53,558 nucleotides of DNA from a virus (taxonomy: Duplodnaviria; Caudoviricetes): positions 1 to 53,558 of IMG/VR virus record IMGVR_UViG_3300033562_000211; one strand, given 5' to 3'. Under the pieces are notes generated by a model. That model was given only the letters and a program-made list of their open reading frames with translations, searched no databases and was not told the origin of the DNA. Below, piece after piece: positions 39,140-47,927 of this stretch; position 1 is the first letter of the stretch, and each line of letters begins with the position of its first letter. The position numbers were made by a program, and so were the translations under genes.

Positions 39140-39376
39140 ATGGAAGATCCATTAAGATCAACAGGAAGAACGATTAGAATAATTGATGAATTAATACAGA
39201 AATTATTTACTACAGGCAAATGTGTTTGTAGAGATCATTGGGACACTCCTGATACGTCAAGATTTCTAGCAGAAATGGTTGTAAGAAGAATGACCTATGA
39301 GCATTCACAGAAAGTGATTGTGATCTACAAAAGGAAAAGAGCTTACATTGAATTAAACAAAGGAAGTATAAAATGA
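39140..39376 (+). CDS. Hypothetical protein
   Basis: Coupled ORF; RSTGRT. Confidence 0.5.
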   Translation: MEDPLRSTGRTIRIIDELIQKLFTTGKCVCRDHWDTPDTSRFLAEMVVRRMTYEHSQKVIVIYKRKRAYIELNKGSIK

Positions 39377-39533
39377 AACAATATCTACTAACAGAAGATG
39401 ACCTTGATAAGATTATATTTAATCTAATACAAATGAGGCTAACAACAAGTGAAACAAAACAAGAATATCTTTCACAAGAAATAAATGATATAATCTTGTG
39501 TAAGGAAGTAATAAAGAATTAAAAAGATTATAG

Positions 39534-39914
39534 ATGTTTGAAATCTTACTGATCATATTCACCATTCATGCTGAGGCTGGCAACCAAAGCATGAGTGGTA
39601 AGATAGGAGTATACTGTGTCATACGTAATAGATACGACACTGGTAAGTATGCTAACTATATGGAGATTATCCTAGAACCTAAACAGTTTAGTTGCTATAA
39701 TAATCCTCATATAATATATGCTTATTGGAAAACATTCAATTGGCAAAGCATACTTGATGGATTAAAAGTAATAGCAACAAATAAAGACATAACTCATGGT
39801 GCTACATATTATGCTCAAAAGCAAATCAAACGTAAATACCATGGCAAACTAACAGTTAAGATTGGTAATCACAAATTCTATAAGGAGAAGAGATGGGAAA
39901 GTATGAAGAAATGA
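39534..39914 (+). CDS. Cell wall hydrolase, SleB/Hydrolase_2 family
   Basis: TIHAEAGNQ, VIRNR, QFSCYN, DITHGATYY, IGNHKFY. Confidence 0.88.
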   Translation: MFEILLIIFTIHAEAGNQSMSGKIGVYCVIRNRYDTGKYANYMEIILEPKQFSCYNNPHIIYAYWKTFNWQSILDGLKVIATNKDITHGATYYAQKQIKRKYHGKLTVKIGNHKFYKEKRWESMKK

Positions 39915-40417
39915 TGCATAATATATATGCAAAAATAAGAGCGAATATAGCACCAGGAGACAGTTGCAAATCAAAACAAGGAACATGCATCTATTTAGAT
40001 GATCTATTTCATAGAGAAAGAACAAGATCATGTACTATATTTATGGGAAAGATAGAACTCTATGAAATGAAAAAGTTACCTAGATGTAAAGAGTTCTGTG
40101 ATTATATAGGTGATAAAGAATATGAACATCAAAAGGTAAGTATGACAATACAAGAATACTGGGCTAAACTTGTAGCAGCAGGATTGACTCCAGAATCTAA
40201 ATATGCATGGGCTGATAGTTCTCAATACAAAGATGGAATACGCATTAAAGTATGGATTGGGAAAGATGAATACATAATTTTACCTACAACTTTAATAGAC
40301 AGAATAGACAAACCAATTCAACTCCGCAAAGACGGTATCGACTTAGTTTATCTTGAATGGCGAAAACTAACCAAGCAGGATAAATGGAAAGAGGAGACTT
40401 ATGATAACAATAATTAA
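39893..40417 (+). CDS. Hypothetical protein
   Basis: AAGGAG RBS; Cys-containing N-terminus. Confidence 0.55.
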   Translation: MGKYEEMMHNIYAKIRANIAPGDSCKSKQGTCIYLDDLFHRERTRSCTIFMGKIELYEMKKLPRCKEFCDYIGDKEYEHQKVSMTIQEYWAKLVAAGLTPESKYAWADSSQYKDGIRIKVWIGKDEYIILPTTLIDRIDKPIQLRKDGIDLVYLEWRKLTKQDKWKEETYDNNN

Positions 40418-40649
40418 GAATAAAGAAGGTAAAGGATTAACCTTCCAAACACAACAGTATGAGACAGGATTATATGTCATTATTAATGATAGACCAGACT
40501 CTCAATACTGTGTAAATAAAACAGAAGAGAAATATCATAAAGGTTTAATTAAGACTGCTGTCACTATAGGAGATACAGTAACCTATACTCCATATCCAGA
40601 AGTGCTAGTAAGAGCATTAAAGAAGAAAGCCAAGAAGGAGGACACATGA
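40401..40649 (+). CDS. Hypothetical protein
   Basis: GAGGAG RBS. Confidence 0.55.
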   Translation: MITIIKNKEGKGLTFQTQQYETGLYVIINDRPDSQYCVNKTEEKYHKGLIKTAVTIGDTVTYTPYPEVLVRALKKKAKKEDT

Positions 40650-41404
40650 AATACATCAAACTAATACAAGAGCAACCTCTATGGAATGCTGGCTACTGTC
40701 AACACTACGATTTCTCGTTAGCTAACTCATGTGAAGAATCTAGGATCGAAGCCATAATTGAGATCGCTAAAGTATGCAGAGGTGATAAGCCTATTGCTAA
40801 TCCAGAGAAACTATACCAACAACTGTTGACAGAGCATGCTGGTAAACCAGGAGAGATATTCCAATTCATACCTTGCATAAGAACAGAATATTCACCACAA
40901 GTAGTAAGATTCGGTTATACAAACGAACATAATGAAATACTCACAAACCTAAGAGCATGTTTAGAAGATGGTATAGATTATGATTTTGACAAACAGATCA
41001 AAGGTTTCCATGTCTTCAAGCTAAAGATACCTCTCATGATAGTACCACAAATACTGAGGCATGGACAGCTAAGCTTTATGCAACAGAGTGAAAGACATTG
41101 TAAGTTAAGAGAGTATTACTATTGTGAAGACTTCAAACAGTTGCATATGCCAGACTATAAATGGAACTGGTTTTGCAATGAAACAGCACAAGTAAGATGG
41201 GATGAGATTCAACACCATTTTGACATTAGGCAAGAACTCACCAACAAAGGCTCTCATGGTCTAGCCTATACTACTCTATGGATAGCGGGTTGGGAAAAAG
41301 ATCCTTCTCAATGGAAGAACTTCTTCGATGTAAGAACAGTAAATCCAACACAAATAGAGCTACAACAAGTAGCTAAAGTAATGAAGGAGATGATGTATGA
41401 ATGA
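40646..41404 (+). CDS. thyX: ThyX-like flavin-dependent thymidylate synthase
   Basis: QILRHGQLSFMQQSERH matches the spacing of the RHR-x7-S-x-R motif; W.NFFDVR...TQIELQ.VA. Confidence 0.7.
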   Translation: MKYIKLIQEQPLWNAGYCQHYDFSLANSCEESRIEAIIEIAKVCRGDKPIANPEKLYQQLLTEHAGKPGEIFQFIPCIRTEYSPQVVRFGYTNEHNEILTNLRACLEDGIDYDFDKQIKGFHVFKLKIPLMIVPQILRHGQLSFMQQSERHCKLREYYYCEDFKQLHMPDYKWNWFCNETAQVRWDEIQHHFDIRQELTNKGSHGLAYTTLWIAGWEKDPSQWKNFFDVRTVNPTQIELQQVAKVMKEMMYE

Positions 41405-41606
41405 CTGGGTAAGAGATTTAACATCTGTAACAAAAGTATTGATAAAAGACAATAAGCGTTTATGGAATACAGGGTACTTTGCTAATTATCCGTATCCAGA
41501 AATATCAGTATGGCATGAACACTGGACTGTAGCAGATTTGATTAACAATCACTATTGTAATCATAGGAGTTATAATAGCCTAGAAGAAGCAATAGAAGGA
41601 GAGTAA
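41397..41606 (+). CDS. Hypothetical protein
   Basis: Coupled ORF. Confidence 0.5.
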   Translation: MNDWVRDLTSVTKVLIKDNKRLWNTGYFANYPYPEISVWHEHWTVADLINNHYCNHRSYNSLEEAIEGE

Positions 41607-41608
41607 CT

Positions 41609-41677
41609 ATGACAACACAAGAAATAATAGATGTAACACACGAAGATGGTTCACCTTGTGGTATGTTGGAGGAATGA
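41609..41677 (+). pseudogene. Internally deleted remnant of the 42017/42997 gene family
   Basis: MTTQEIIDV-THEDGSPCGMLEE; 20-bp identity with 42368-42387. Confidence 0.6.
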
Positions 41678-41679
41678 TA

Positions 41680-41946
41680 ATGACACTAGAAGAAGCAGAT
41701 GAGATAGTAAAACACAACTTCGGTAATAACTGGCTTAACACAGATTATGCAGAAGGTAAAGCGTTTGAAGCTATATGTACTTGTGCAACAGATTATGAAA
41801 GAGATATGACAAGAGGTAATATCTATCAAATAAAAATGATTGGTAGAATATTGCCATGTAATCCATTATGTAGTTTAAAAGGAAACACAGATAGGAGAGC
41901 AACTTGTCATGCAGATAGATTTGTAAAGATAAGAGAGATAACATGA
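41680..41946 (+). CDS. Hypothetical protein
   Basis: GGAGG RBS before ATG 41680. Confidence 0.5.
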   Translation: MTLEEADEIVKHNFGNNWLNTDYAEGKAFEAICTCATDYERDMTRGNIYQIKMIGRILPCNPLCSLKGNTDRRATCHADRFVKIREIT

Positions 41947-42016
41947 GTGGTTATTGCAATAATTGTTGTGTCAAACTAATAACTAGTATGAAAACATTAA
42001 ATATGGAAGACAAATC

Positions 42017-42406
42017 ATGGATAAAAAACTTACATACGAAATAATCAAGAAAACAAAATACAGGCAAACTGTAATGCAAGCATACCTAGATGGCGAAACT
42101 ATACAAGGTTATGATCTGCAATTCAATGAATGGCGTGATCTTACAATAGAACCAGGATGGAATTGGCAATCAACAGATTATCGTATTAAACCAAAACCTA
42201 AGTATAGACCATACAACATACATGAAATAGATATGTTAAAAGGCAAATGGTTAGTAAGGAAATATGATAGAATAAATGCTATGGTCGTAACAATAGAAAA
42301 AGAAACCATACATTTCTGTCAAGAAGGATCTTATTCATTACAAGGAATATTGACATCGTGGACATATGAAGATGGTTCACCTTGTGGAATACTAATTGAG
42401 GAGTGA
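42017..42406 (+). CDS. Conserved phage protein, paralog of 42997-43386
   Basis: MQAYLDGETIQ...P.WNW...YRIKP...YRPY...DGSPCG. Confidence 0.65.
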   Translation: MDKKLTYEIIKKTKYRQTVMQAYLDGETIQGYDLQFNEWRDLTIEPGWNWQSTDYRIKPKPKYRPYNIHEIDMLKGKWLVRKYDRINAMVVTIEKETIHFCQEGSYSLQGILTSWTYEDGSPCGILIEE

Positions 42407-42728
42407 CATGACAGACTACAGACAACCTCCAACTCAGGAAGACCTGGAGATAATATATGATCTTCCTGATGAGGAAAGCAAATGGTGTCCTTGGTGTAAG
42501 GCATACTACTTCAAGGATGAACAAGAGGAGCATAACCATGAAGTTTAATGTGAAAACCTGAAGGTAGCCACCCTCTTAAAGGCGAATGGCTATCATGCGT
42601 AAACTATATCAAGGAGAACTAAATGAGTGACTTAATGCAAGATACTCTAATAATGACACTACTAGGATTCGCCATAGGAGATATGGCGTATAAATTAGCA
42701 AGTATATTTCTTAAAAGAAAGGATAAGC

Positions 42729-43007
42729 ATGACTAAGTTTGAACTACTAGTCTTCTCATCAGAGAACTGCAAACCATGTCAACTCTACATACCAACGGTT
42801 AAACAGATATGTGAGAAGATGCAGATCAACTGCAAGATCATCAAACGAGAAACAGACAAAGACCTCTTCGAGTGTTATCAAGTGTTAAGTGTACCAACAA
42901 CATTACTGTTAGCAAATAATAAAGCAGTATGGTCAACACCAGGAGCAACAAGTTATACAAGGCTAATAGACAAGTTAATTGAGTTAAAGGAAAAATATGG
43001 AAACTAA
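42729..43007 (+). CDS. Thioredoxin-like protein
   Basis: CKPC active site; cis-Pro motif SVPT. Confidence 0.85.
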   Translation: MTKFELLVFSSENCKPCQLYIPTVKQICEKMQINCKIIKRETDKDLFECYQVLSVPTTLLLANNKAVWSTPGATSYTRLIDKLIELKEKYGN

Positions 43008-43386
43008 AGAAATAATACCATTGCTAATAGCATATGATGAAGGAAAGATAATAGAGTTCAAGGGAGCAAATGGATGGGAGACATCTTATGCACATCCTTC
43101 AACATGGGCTTGGGTAATAGAACGTAGAATCAAACAATCACCAATGTATAGGAAATTTGAAGAAAGTGAAACCCATCTATTAATAGGTAAATCAATATGG
43201 AGAGAACTTAATTCAGAAGGATCCAGACAATTAATATTCATAACTCATATTAATCAATTTAAAACACATCAAGTAATCTTTGCAGCATATGCTTGGTCAT
43301 TAGAAGATCTATTTACAGAATGGAAGTTCTATGATCAAACAACTAATACGTTTACTCTTAATCCAGTAGGCATATTGGTAGAATAA
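42997..43386 (+). CDS. Conserved phage protein, paralog of 42017-42406
   Basis: AYDEGKIIE...PSTWAW...RIK...YRKF...PVGILVE. Confidence 0.6.
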   Translation: METKEIIPLLIAYDEGKIIEFKGANGWETSYAHPSTWAWVIERRIKQSPMYRKFEESETHLLIGKSIWRELNSEGSRQLIFITHINQFKTHQVIFAAYAWSLEDLFTEWKFYDQTTNTFTLNPVGILVE

Positions 43387-44144
43387 TGGATATAGTTTTA
43401 GAAGTAACTCGTAAGTGCAATCTCCAATGCACACATTGTTTGAGAGGTTGTGCTCAGAATAAGACCATAGATGACTATGTGCTATATAGGTTAGCACAAG
43501 AGAAGATTCAATCCCTACAAATAACAGGAGGAGAACCAACCCTTGTGCCTAATCTTATGCAAAGATTCAGACAAGCAGGATTATATCCAGATGATGTATG
43601 GGTATGCACTAATGGAGCAATATACAAAGAGAAGTGGGTTAGAGACTTCTTTGAGTATAGAAGCCAATTAGATTATAAAGATATAGAAGGATTATCAGTA
43701 TCAGTAGATGCATTTCATCCAAGTATATCTAAAGAAAACTATAAAAGATATAGTAAATTAGCAGCAGATATGGGAGAAGAAGTATTAGAGCATTCTAAAT
43801 ATCTTGATTATCACAATGTGATACCATTGGGTAAAGGAGAGCAAATAGGTGGAGGATGGTGTAGAACATACGAATGTGAATGGAAAGGTAAACCAAAAAC
43901 AGAGGAAGGATATGACAGAAAGATTTATATAACAGTAGATGGAGATGTTATATATGGTAGTAATTGGTCTTACAAAAGAATGCAATATCTTTCTCTGGGA
44001 AACATTAAAGAGTATTCAATCTCATACATACTAGAACAAGCAGAATCATGGTATCGTAGTATTTACTCTCGTATTGTAAAGAAAACAGAATCTGAACTTA
44101 AATGGAAGAGAGGTAAGTGTGACAAAAACAGAAATAGCAACTAA
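43386..44144 (+). CDS. Radical SAM protein
   Basis: EVTRKCNLQCTHC, TGGEP, TNG, SVD. Confidence 0.92.
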   Translation: MDIVLEVTRKCNLQCTHCLRGCAQNKTIDDYVLYRLAQEKIQSLQITGGEPTLVPNLMQRFRQAGLYPDDVWVCTNGAIYKEKWVRDFFEYRSQLDYKDIEGLSVSVDAFHPSISKENYKRYSKLAADMGEEVLEHSKYLDYHNVIPLGKGEQIGGGWCRTYECEWKGKPKTEEGYDRKIYITVDGDVIYGSNWSYKRMQYLSLGNIKEYSISYILEQAESWYRSIYSRIVKKTESELKWKRGKCDKNRNSN

Positions 44145-44296
44145 GATAAGACTTCTTAAACTTAATCTATTAGATTCAGAGAGAAGAATGAAACTTGGTA
44201 AGTTATCCAAAGAACATTATAAATCAATGGAAATTGATGTGAACAACAGAATTAAAGAACTAAGAAGAGAGCAAGGTAAATAACAAAGGAGTATTC

Positions 44297-44668
44297 ATGT
44301 GGAAAGCACTGAAGTGGCTAATTGGATTATTTGATCCACCAATAGAACAAAAGAAAATAGAGAAATCTATTGACAAAATAGAGAAAGATGGTTACATTAC
44401 TAATATAACACTACAAGATGTTATACAACCTGAAGTAACCATACCTGTTGAACAAACAGATTGCGAACAGGTCTCGAAAGAAATAAGTGTCAGAGAATTT
44501 CTAAATGTAAAACAAAGAGGTTTGACGAATGCAGAATGTAAATCAGTTCTAGGAGTAGCTTGGGTCTCAATAAGACAGGGAGCTACTCCAAAAGAACTAC
44601 TAGAATACAATGCATTAGTTAAACAAGACAAAATCAACAGATTAAACATAAACAGGAGAAGTATATGA
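44297..44668 (+). CDS. Hypothetical protein
   Basis: AAGGAG RBS. Confidence 0.55.
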   Translation: MWKALKWLIGLFDPPIEQKKIEKSIDKIEKDGYITNITLQDVIQPEVTIPVEQTDCEQVSKEISVREFLNVKQRGLTNAECKSVLGVAWVSIRQGATPKELLEYNALVKQDKINRLNINRRSI

Positions 44669-45267
44669 AACCAGAAAGATTCAAAGAAGTTTATGAAAGT
44701 ATCACAGCAACAAAACCAAAAGCAGACCTATTTGACTACGCTGTAAAGAATCTATTTACAACAACGAAAGCAATAGACTTATCCTTAGCTTGTTATACAG
44801 TAATGTCGTTTTGTGAATCTATGGCTAATGGGTATTCTCTTAACCTTAGAGAGCTATCTAAGAAAACACTTACAGAAAAAGCAAAAGAATACGCTGTAAA
44901 TGATGATAGATTGTGGAACTTTAAAGACAACTACGCTTTCACAAGTGCTTCTCCAATAAAGAATCTATTAGGATATATCAGAAAACAAGCAACAAGCTGT
45001 ATGGATGTATTAACCGATAGATTACAGCCTACAAAGGCATTAGTTCAAGAGAAGTTTGGAGATGTATATAATTACTGCATTCTTCTATTAGCAATCATTA
45101 AGGAGATGGATGATGACCTTTGCAAAGGAATTAGCCCTGAAGGCTCTTCAGATGAAAAAGATGAGTCAACCGATAACAACGATTGTAAAGACTGTAAAGA
45201 TGAAGGAGAGTGCAATTCTGAAAGAGCTAGACTCCTTGCAAAGCTTATTATGGCAAGACTATCCTAA
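44665..45267 (+). CDS. DUF1599/Nmad1-like protein (all-alpha nucleotide pyrophosphatase fold)
   Basis: KAKEYA..DDRLWNF...K...EKFGDVYNYCILL. Confidence 0.6.
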   Translation: MKPERFKEVYESITATKPKADLFDYAVKNLFTTTKAIDLSLACYTVMSFCESMANGYSLNLRELSKKTLTEKAKEYAVNDDRLWNFKDNYAFTSASPIKNLLGYIRKQATSCMDVLTDRLQPTKALVQEKFGDVYNYCILLLAIIKEMDDDLCKGISPEGSSDEKDESTDNNDCKDCKDEGECNSERARLLAKLIMARLS

Positions 45268-45415
45268 TATCTATGAATACACAATATTCTACAATGATAA
45301 GGAAATAGGAATATTATGGGCACAGGAAGATGACTTAAAAATAACAGAACACATAACACAACAAATAATGAGCAACATTAAGTTGAGGAGAAGCGATGAA
45401 CATCCCGATAGATAG
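45110..45415 (+). CDS. Possible ORF overlapping the 3' end of the previous gene
   Basis: AAGGAG upstream of the start; 158-nt overlap. Confidence 0.35.
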   Translation: MMTFAKELALKALQMKKMSQPITTIVKTVKMKESAILKELDSLQSLLWQDYPNIYEYTIFYNDKEIGILWAQEDDLKITEHITQQIMSNIKLRRSDEHPDR

Positions 45416-46088
45416 ACCCAGATCATCAATAAGACTATTCTGTGAAAAGTGTGGATATAAGAAATCCATAGACGACTTTCAGAAACTCAATGGCAAGCGT
45501 TTAGATATATGTACTGAATGCTTTAGTGAACAACAAAATAAACAAATGGAGACTAAAATGGCTAAGAAAAAAGCAGACAAACAAGTAGAAGCTACTGAAA
45601 CACCTAAGGTTAAAATTGTAAGAAACTGTGTATCAGGTGCTATGAGTGCTAACATTGAAGCAATCATGGAAAAAGTAAAAGCTGAATATGACATTACTCA
45701 GTATGTTCTCGCATCCTCTATTGCTAAAAGAGATGTAGTTCAACTATTACTTGGTAAAACAGACAAAGGCTGGGTAAAGATTCTGAATACAATGTACTTT
45801 GGTGGTGAATACACTGTTAAATCAGGTATCAAAAGAGAAGGTATTGATACTCTATCTTATGAGAAAGTAGCTCTTCCTTCACTTAAAGCAGAGATTGATG
45901 CTATTTATGAAGCAATTCCTAATAAGAAAGTACATAACATTGAAGATGAGAAACTTCAAGAATGTTTCGTATCAGGACTGTCAATTAACCAGGTATGCAA
46001 ATTCTTCCCTAGATACAAAAGAGAAAAGGTTGAATTGTTCTATGCACAGCGTACAGTAGAACCAGAGACAGAAGTAGCTGAAGATTAA
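45396..46088 (+). CDS. Hypothetical protein with an N-terminal CxxC...CxxC
   Basis: GAGGAG RBS; a second RBS and ATG lie before MAKKK. Confidence 0.6.
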   Translation: MNIPIDRPRSSIRLFCEKCGYKKSIDDFQKLNGKRLDICTECFSEQQNKQMETKMAKKKADKQVEATETPKVKIVRNCVSGAMSANIEAIMEKVKAEYDITQYVLASSIAKRDVVQLLLGKTDKGWVKILNTMYFGGEYTVKSGIKREGIDTLSYEKVALPSLKAEIDAIYEAIPNKKVHNIEDEKLQECFVSGLSINQVCKFFPRYKREKVELFYAQRTVEPETEVAED

Positions 46089-46107
46089 ACAATAACTAAT
46101 ACAGAAC

Positions 46108-46138
46108 AAAAAGAGTGGTATAAAAGCCACTCTTTTTT
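46108..46138 (+). terminator. Intrinsic terminator
   Basis: AAAAAGAGTGG-N8-CCACTCTTTTT. Confidence 0.75.
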
Positions 46139-46186
46139 ATTTATATTAAACTCTTATAAAATAAGAAGGTTATTATTCAGAACTTC

Positions 46187-46351
46187 ATGATATTTATATT
46201 TACTTTATTAGCAGTATGGATGGGATCACAATGGGATGGAAAAGGAATGGCATTCTGGGGATGTTTAGTAATAATAATAGGCTTTATATTCCCATTTATA
46301 GGTTTAGCATTAGTAATAGGAATGTTATTTTCCAGACATGGATTTACATAA
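46187..46351 (+). CDS. 54-aa very hydrophobic membrane protein
   Basis: MIFIFTLLAVWMGSQWDGKGMAFWGCLVIIIGFIFPFIGLALVIGMLFSRHGFT. Confidence 0.5.
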   Translation: MIFIFTLLAVWMGSQWDGKGMAFWGCLVIIIGFIFPFIGLALVIGMLFSRHGFT

Positions 46352-46386
46352 AAAAGGGAGCTTAATTGCTCCCATTTATTTTTTTT
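46350..46386. terminator. Bidirectional terminator where the two arms converge
   Basis: A-run, GGGAGC-ttaatt-GCTCCC, T-rich tail. Confidence 0.75.
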
Positions 46387-46792
46387 AACTTATTCTAAGT
46401 ATCTTATATATATTTTTATTAGAATAAATAAATTTTCTTTTTTTAGTAGAATAATACAAACTAACGATCCCTTTATCCATATTAATTACTACACTACATT
46501 GATATAAATCTAACAATCTATGTCCTAACCCCAAAGCATTCTGTTCATTAAAATCATCCCAAGTAAAACTAATAGCATTACCAGTAGCATGATTTAAATC
46601 TAATCCTTTTCTACAATCTTCAGTTAATTTGCTTCTACTAACAAATCCTTCTACAATAGTAATAGGTCTATTAACATTAGTAGATATAATCATACCAATA
46701 GTAAGTAAATTATCTATATAATCATTCTTTAATGCAAAGTTCATTGGATTAAGACTCTGCATATCAACACCTTCACTCAACATAAAATTCAT
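46385..46792 (-). CDS. Peptidase M15-like protein, probably degenerate
   Basis: PITIVEGF...NHATGNAISF resembles SGYR...H..G.A.DI, but the metal-ligand Asp is absent. Confidence 0.45.
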   Translation of the reverse strand: MNFMLSEGVDMQSLNPMNFALKNDYIDNLLTIGMIISTNVNRPITIVEGFVSRSKLTEDCRKGLDLNHATGNAISFTWDDFNEQNALGLGHRLLDLYQCSVVINMDKGIVSLYYSTKKRKFIYSNKNIYKILRIS

Positions 46793-46802
46793 TCTTTACT
46801 CC

Positions 46803-47261
46803 TTAGTTAAACATGGATTCTGTTTTTATTTTTCTAGGCATTAAATTATTGAGATAACTATTATTTTTTACATACCTATCAGACTGAATATCATCTAACA
46901 ACGATTGTAATTGTAAATTTTGTTCTCCGGTTCCTTTATAGCCAGTAATCATTTGTTTACCTAATTCAACTCTTTCACTATTTAACATATTCATTCCAGA
47001 TAGTGTGTTCATTCTATCGGTAGTTGCTTGATCCCAACCATTCTTAGCATAATATTCTTCAAGATACCTTCCAGACATTCTAGGAGTATCGCCTCTTTCA
47101 TCTAAAGCATACTTTACGATATAGTTATTCTGATCTTTAGTTCCATGATAAGCGTTACCAAATAGTCTTCTTCCTAAATCAACTCTCTCTTTAGTAGAAA
47201 ATTGAACTCCAGTTCGAGCTGAAATATCTTTAGTTTCGTCGTCATTCCATTTTCCATACAT
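46803..47261 (-). CDS. Protein with two DUF3597-like (putative cell-wall-binding) repeats
   Basis: ERVDLGRRLFGNAYHGTKDQN and ERVELGKQMITGYKGTGEQN. Confidence 0.5.
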   Translation of the reverse strand: MYGKWNDDETKDISARTGVQFSTKERVDLGRRLFGNAYHGTKDQNNYIVKYALDERGDTPRMSGRYLEEYYAKNGWDQATTDRMNTLSGMNMLNSERVELGKQMITGYKGTGEQNLQLQSLLDDIQSDRYVKNNSYLNNLMPRKIKTESMFN

Positions 47262-47462
47262 TTTAAACCTCTTTTCAACCGTTTATTTAACTTCATAATA
47301 CTTTCTCCATAAATCAAATCGAATACGCCCTAAAGCCCTGTTTGATGCCTCCATTCCTTTTCAAACTAAATTGTCAATCTGGAAAAATGGAGTCAAACCA
47401 AATTGAGATCCAGAGACTTGAAACTTAGTGCCAAACAAGGCATTTAAAGCGATTTGATCAGT

Positions 47463-47660
47463 TTATGATGATTCCCAGGTTGGTCTTTTATTTTGCTGAA
47501 ATTCATAGTCATTTGAATTGAAAACGACTACTTCAACACCGCCGGCAAACAATCCTAAACGATTTTTCAAAAGTTCAGGTCTGCTTAAAATAAAATCCAG
47601 AATCTCATCATTAGGAATTGCCACTTTACAAGCCATTTTAGAGGGGTTCTTTAACTTCAT
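47463..47660 (-). CDS. Possible 65-aa protein beginning inside the dispersed motif
   Basis: GGAGG RBS; lies in a TpA-poor island. Confidence 0.35.
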   Translation of the reverse strand: MKLKNPSKMACKVAIPNDEILDFILSRPELLKNRLGLFAGGVEVVVFNSNDYEFQQNKRPTWESS

Positions 47661-47674
47661 GATAATTCCTCCAT
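47616..47674 (-). repeat. Dispersed gapped motif, copy 3
   Basis: ATGGAGGAATTATCATGA-N17-AAAATGGCT-N9-GCAATT on the - strand. Confidence 0.8.
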
Positions 47675-47725
47675 TATTTCAATCAAATTTCAATTCCTGA
47701 CAACTCTGATACTAAATTCAAACGA

Positions 47726-47917
47726 TTAAGCAAACATAGATTGTTGACCCTGAGCTTGCTGTTCCTGACCACCACCGCCTTCACCTGCCATGGCTTGAAG
47801 CATTTGCTGTAACTGTTCTGGATTTTCCTGAGCCATCTTTAATACTACCTGTGCAATAGCTAAGAATTGTTCTCCTGATACACCTAACTGTTGTAACATT
47901 TGTTGTACTTGTTCCAT
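47726..47917 (-). CDS. Small Gln-rich protein
   Basis: AAGGAG RBS. Confidence 0.6.
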   Translation of the reverse strand: MEQVQQMLQQLGVSGEQFLAIAQVVLKMAQENPEQLQQMLQAMAGEGGGGQEQQAQGQQSMFA

Positions 47918-47927
47918 GTTGTTCTCC

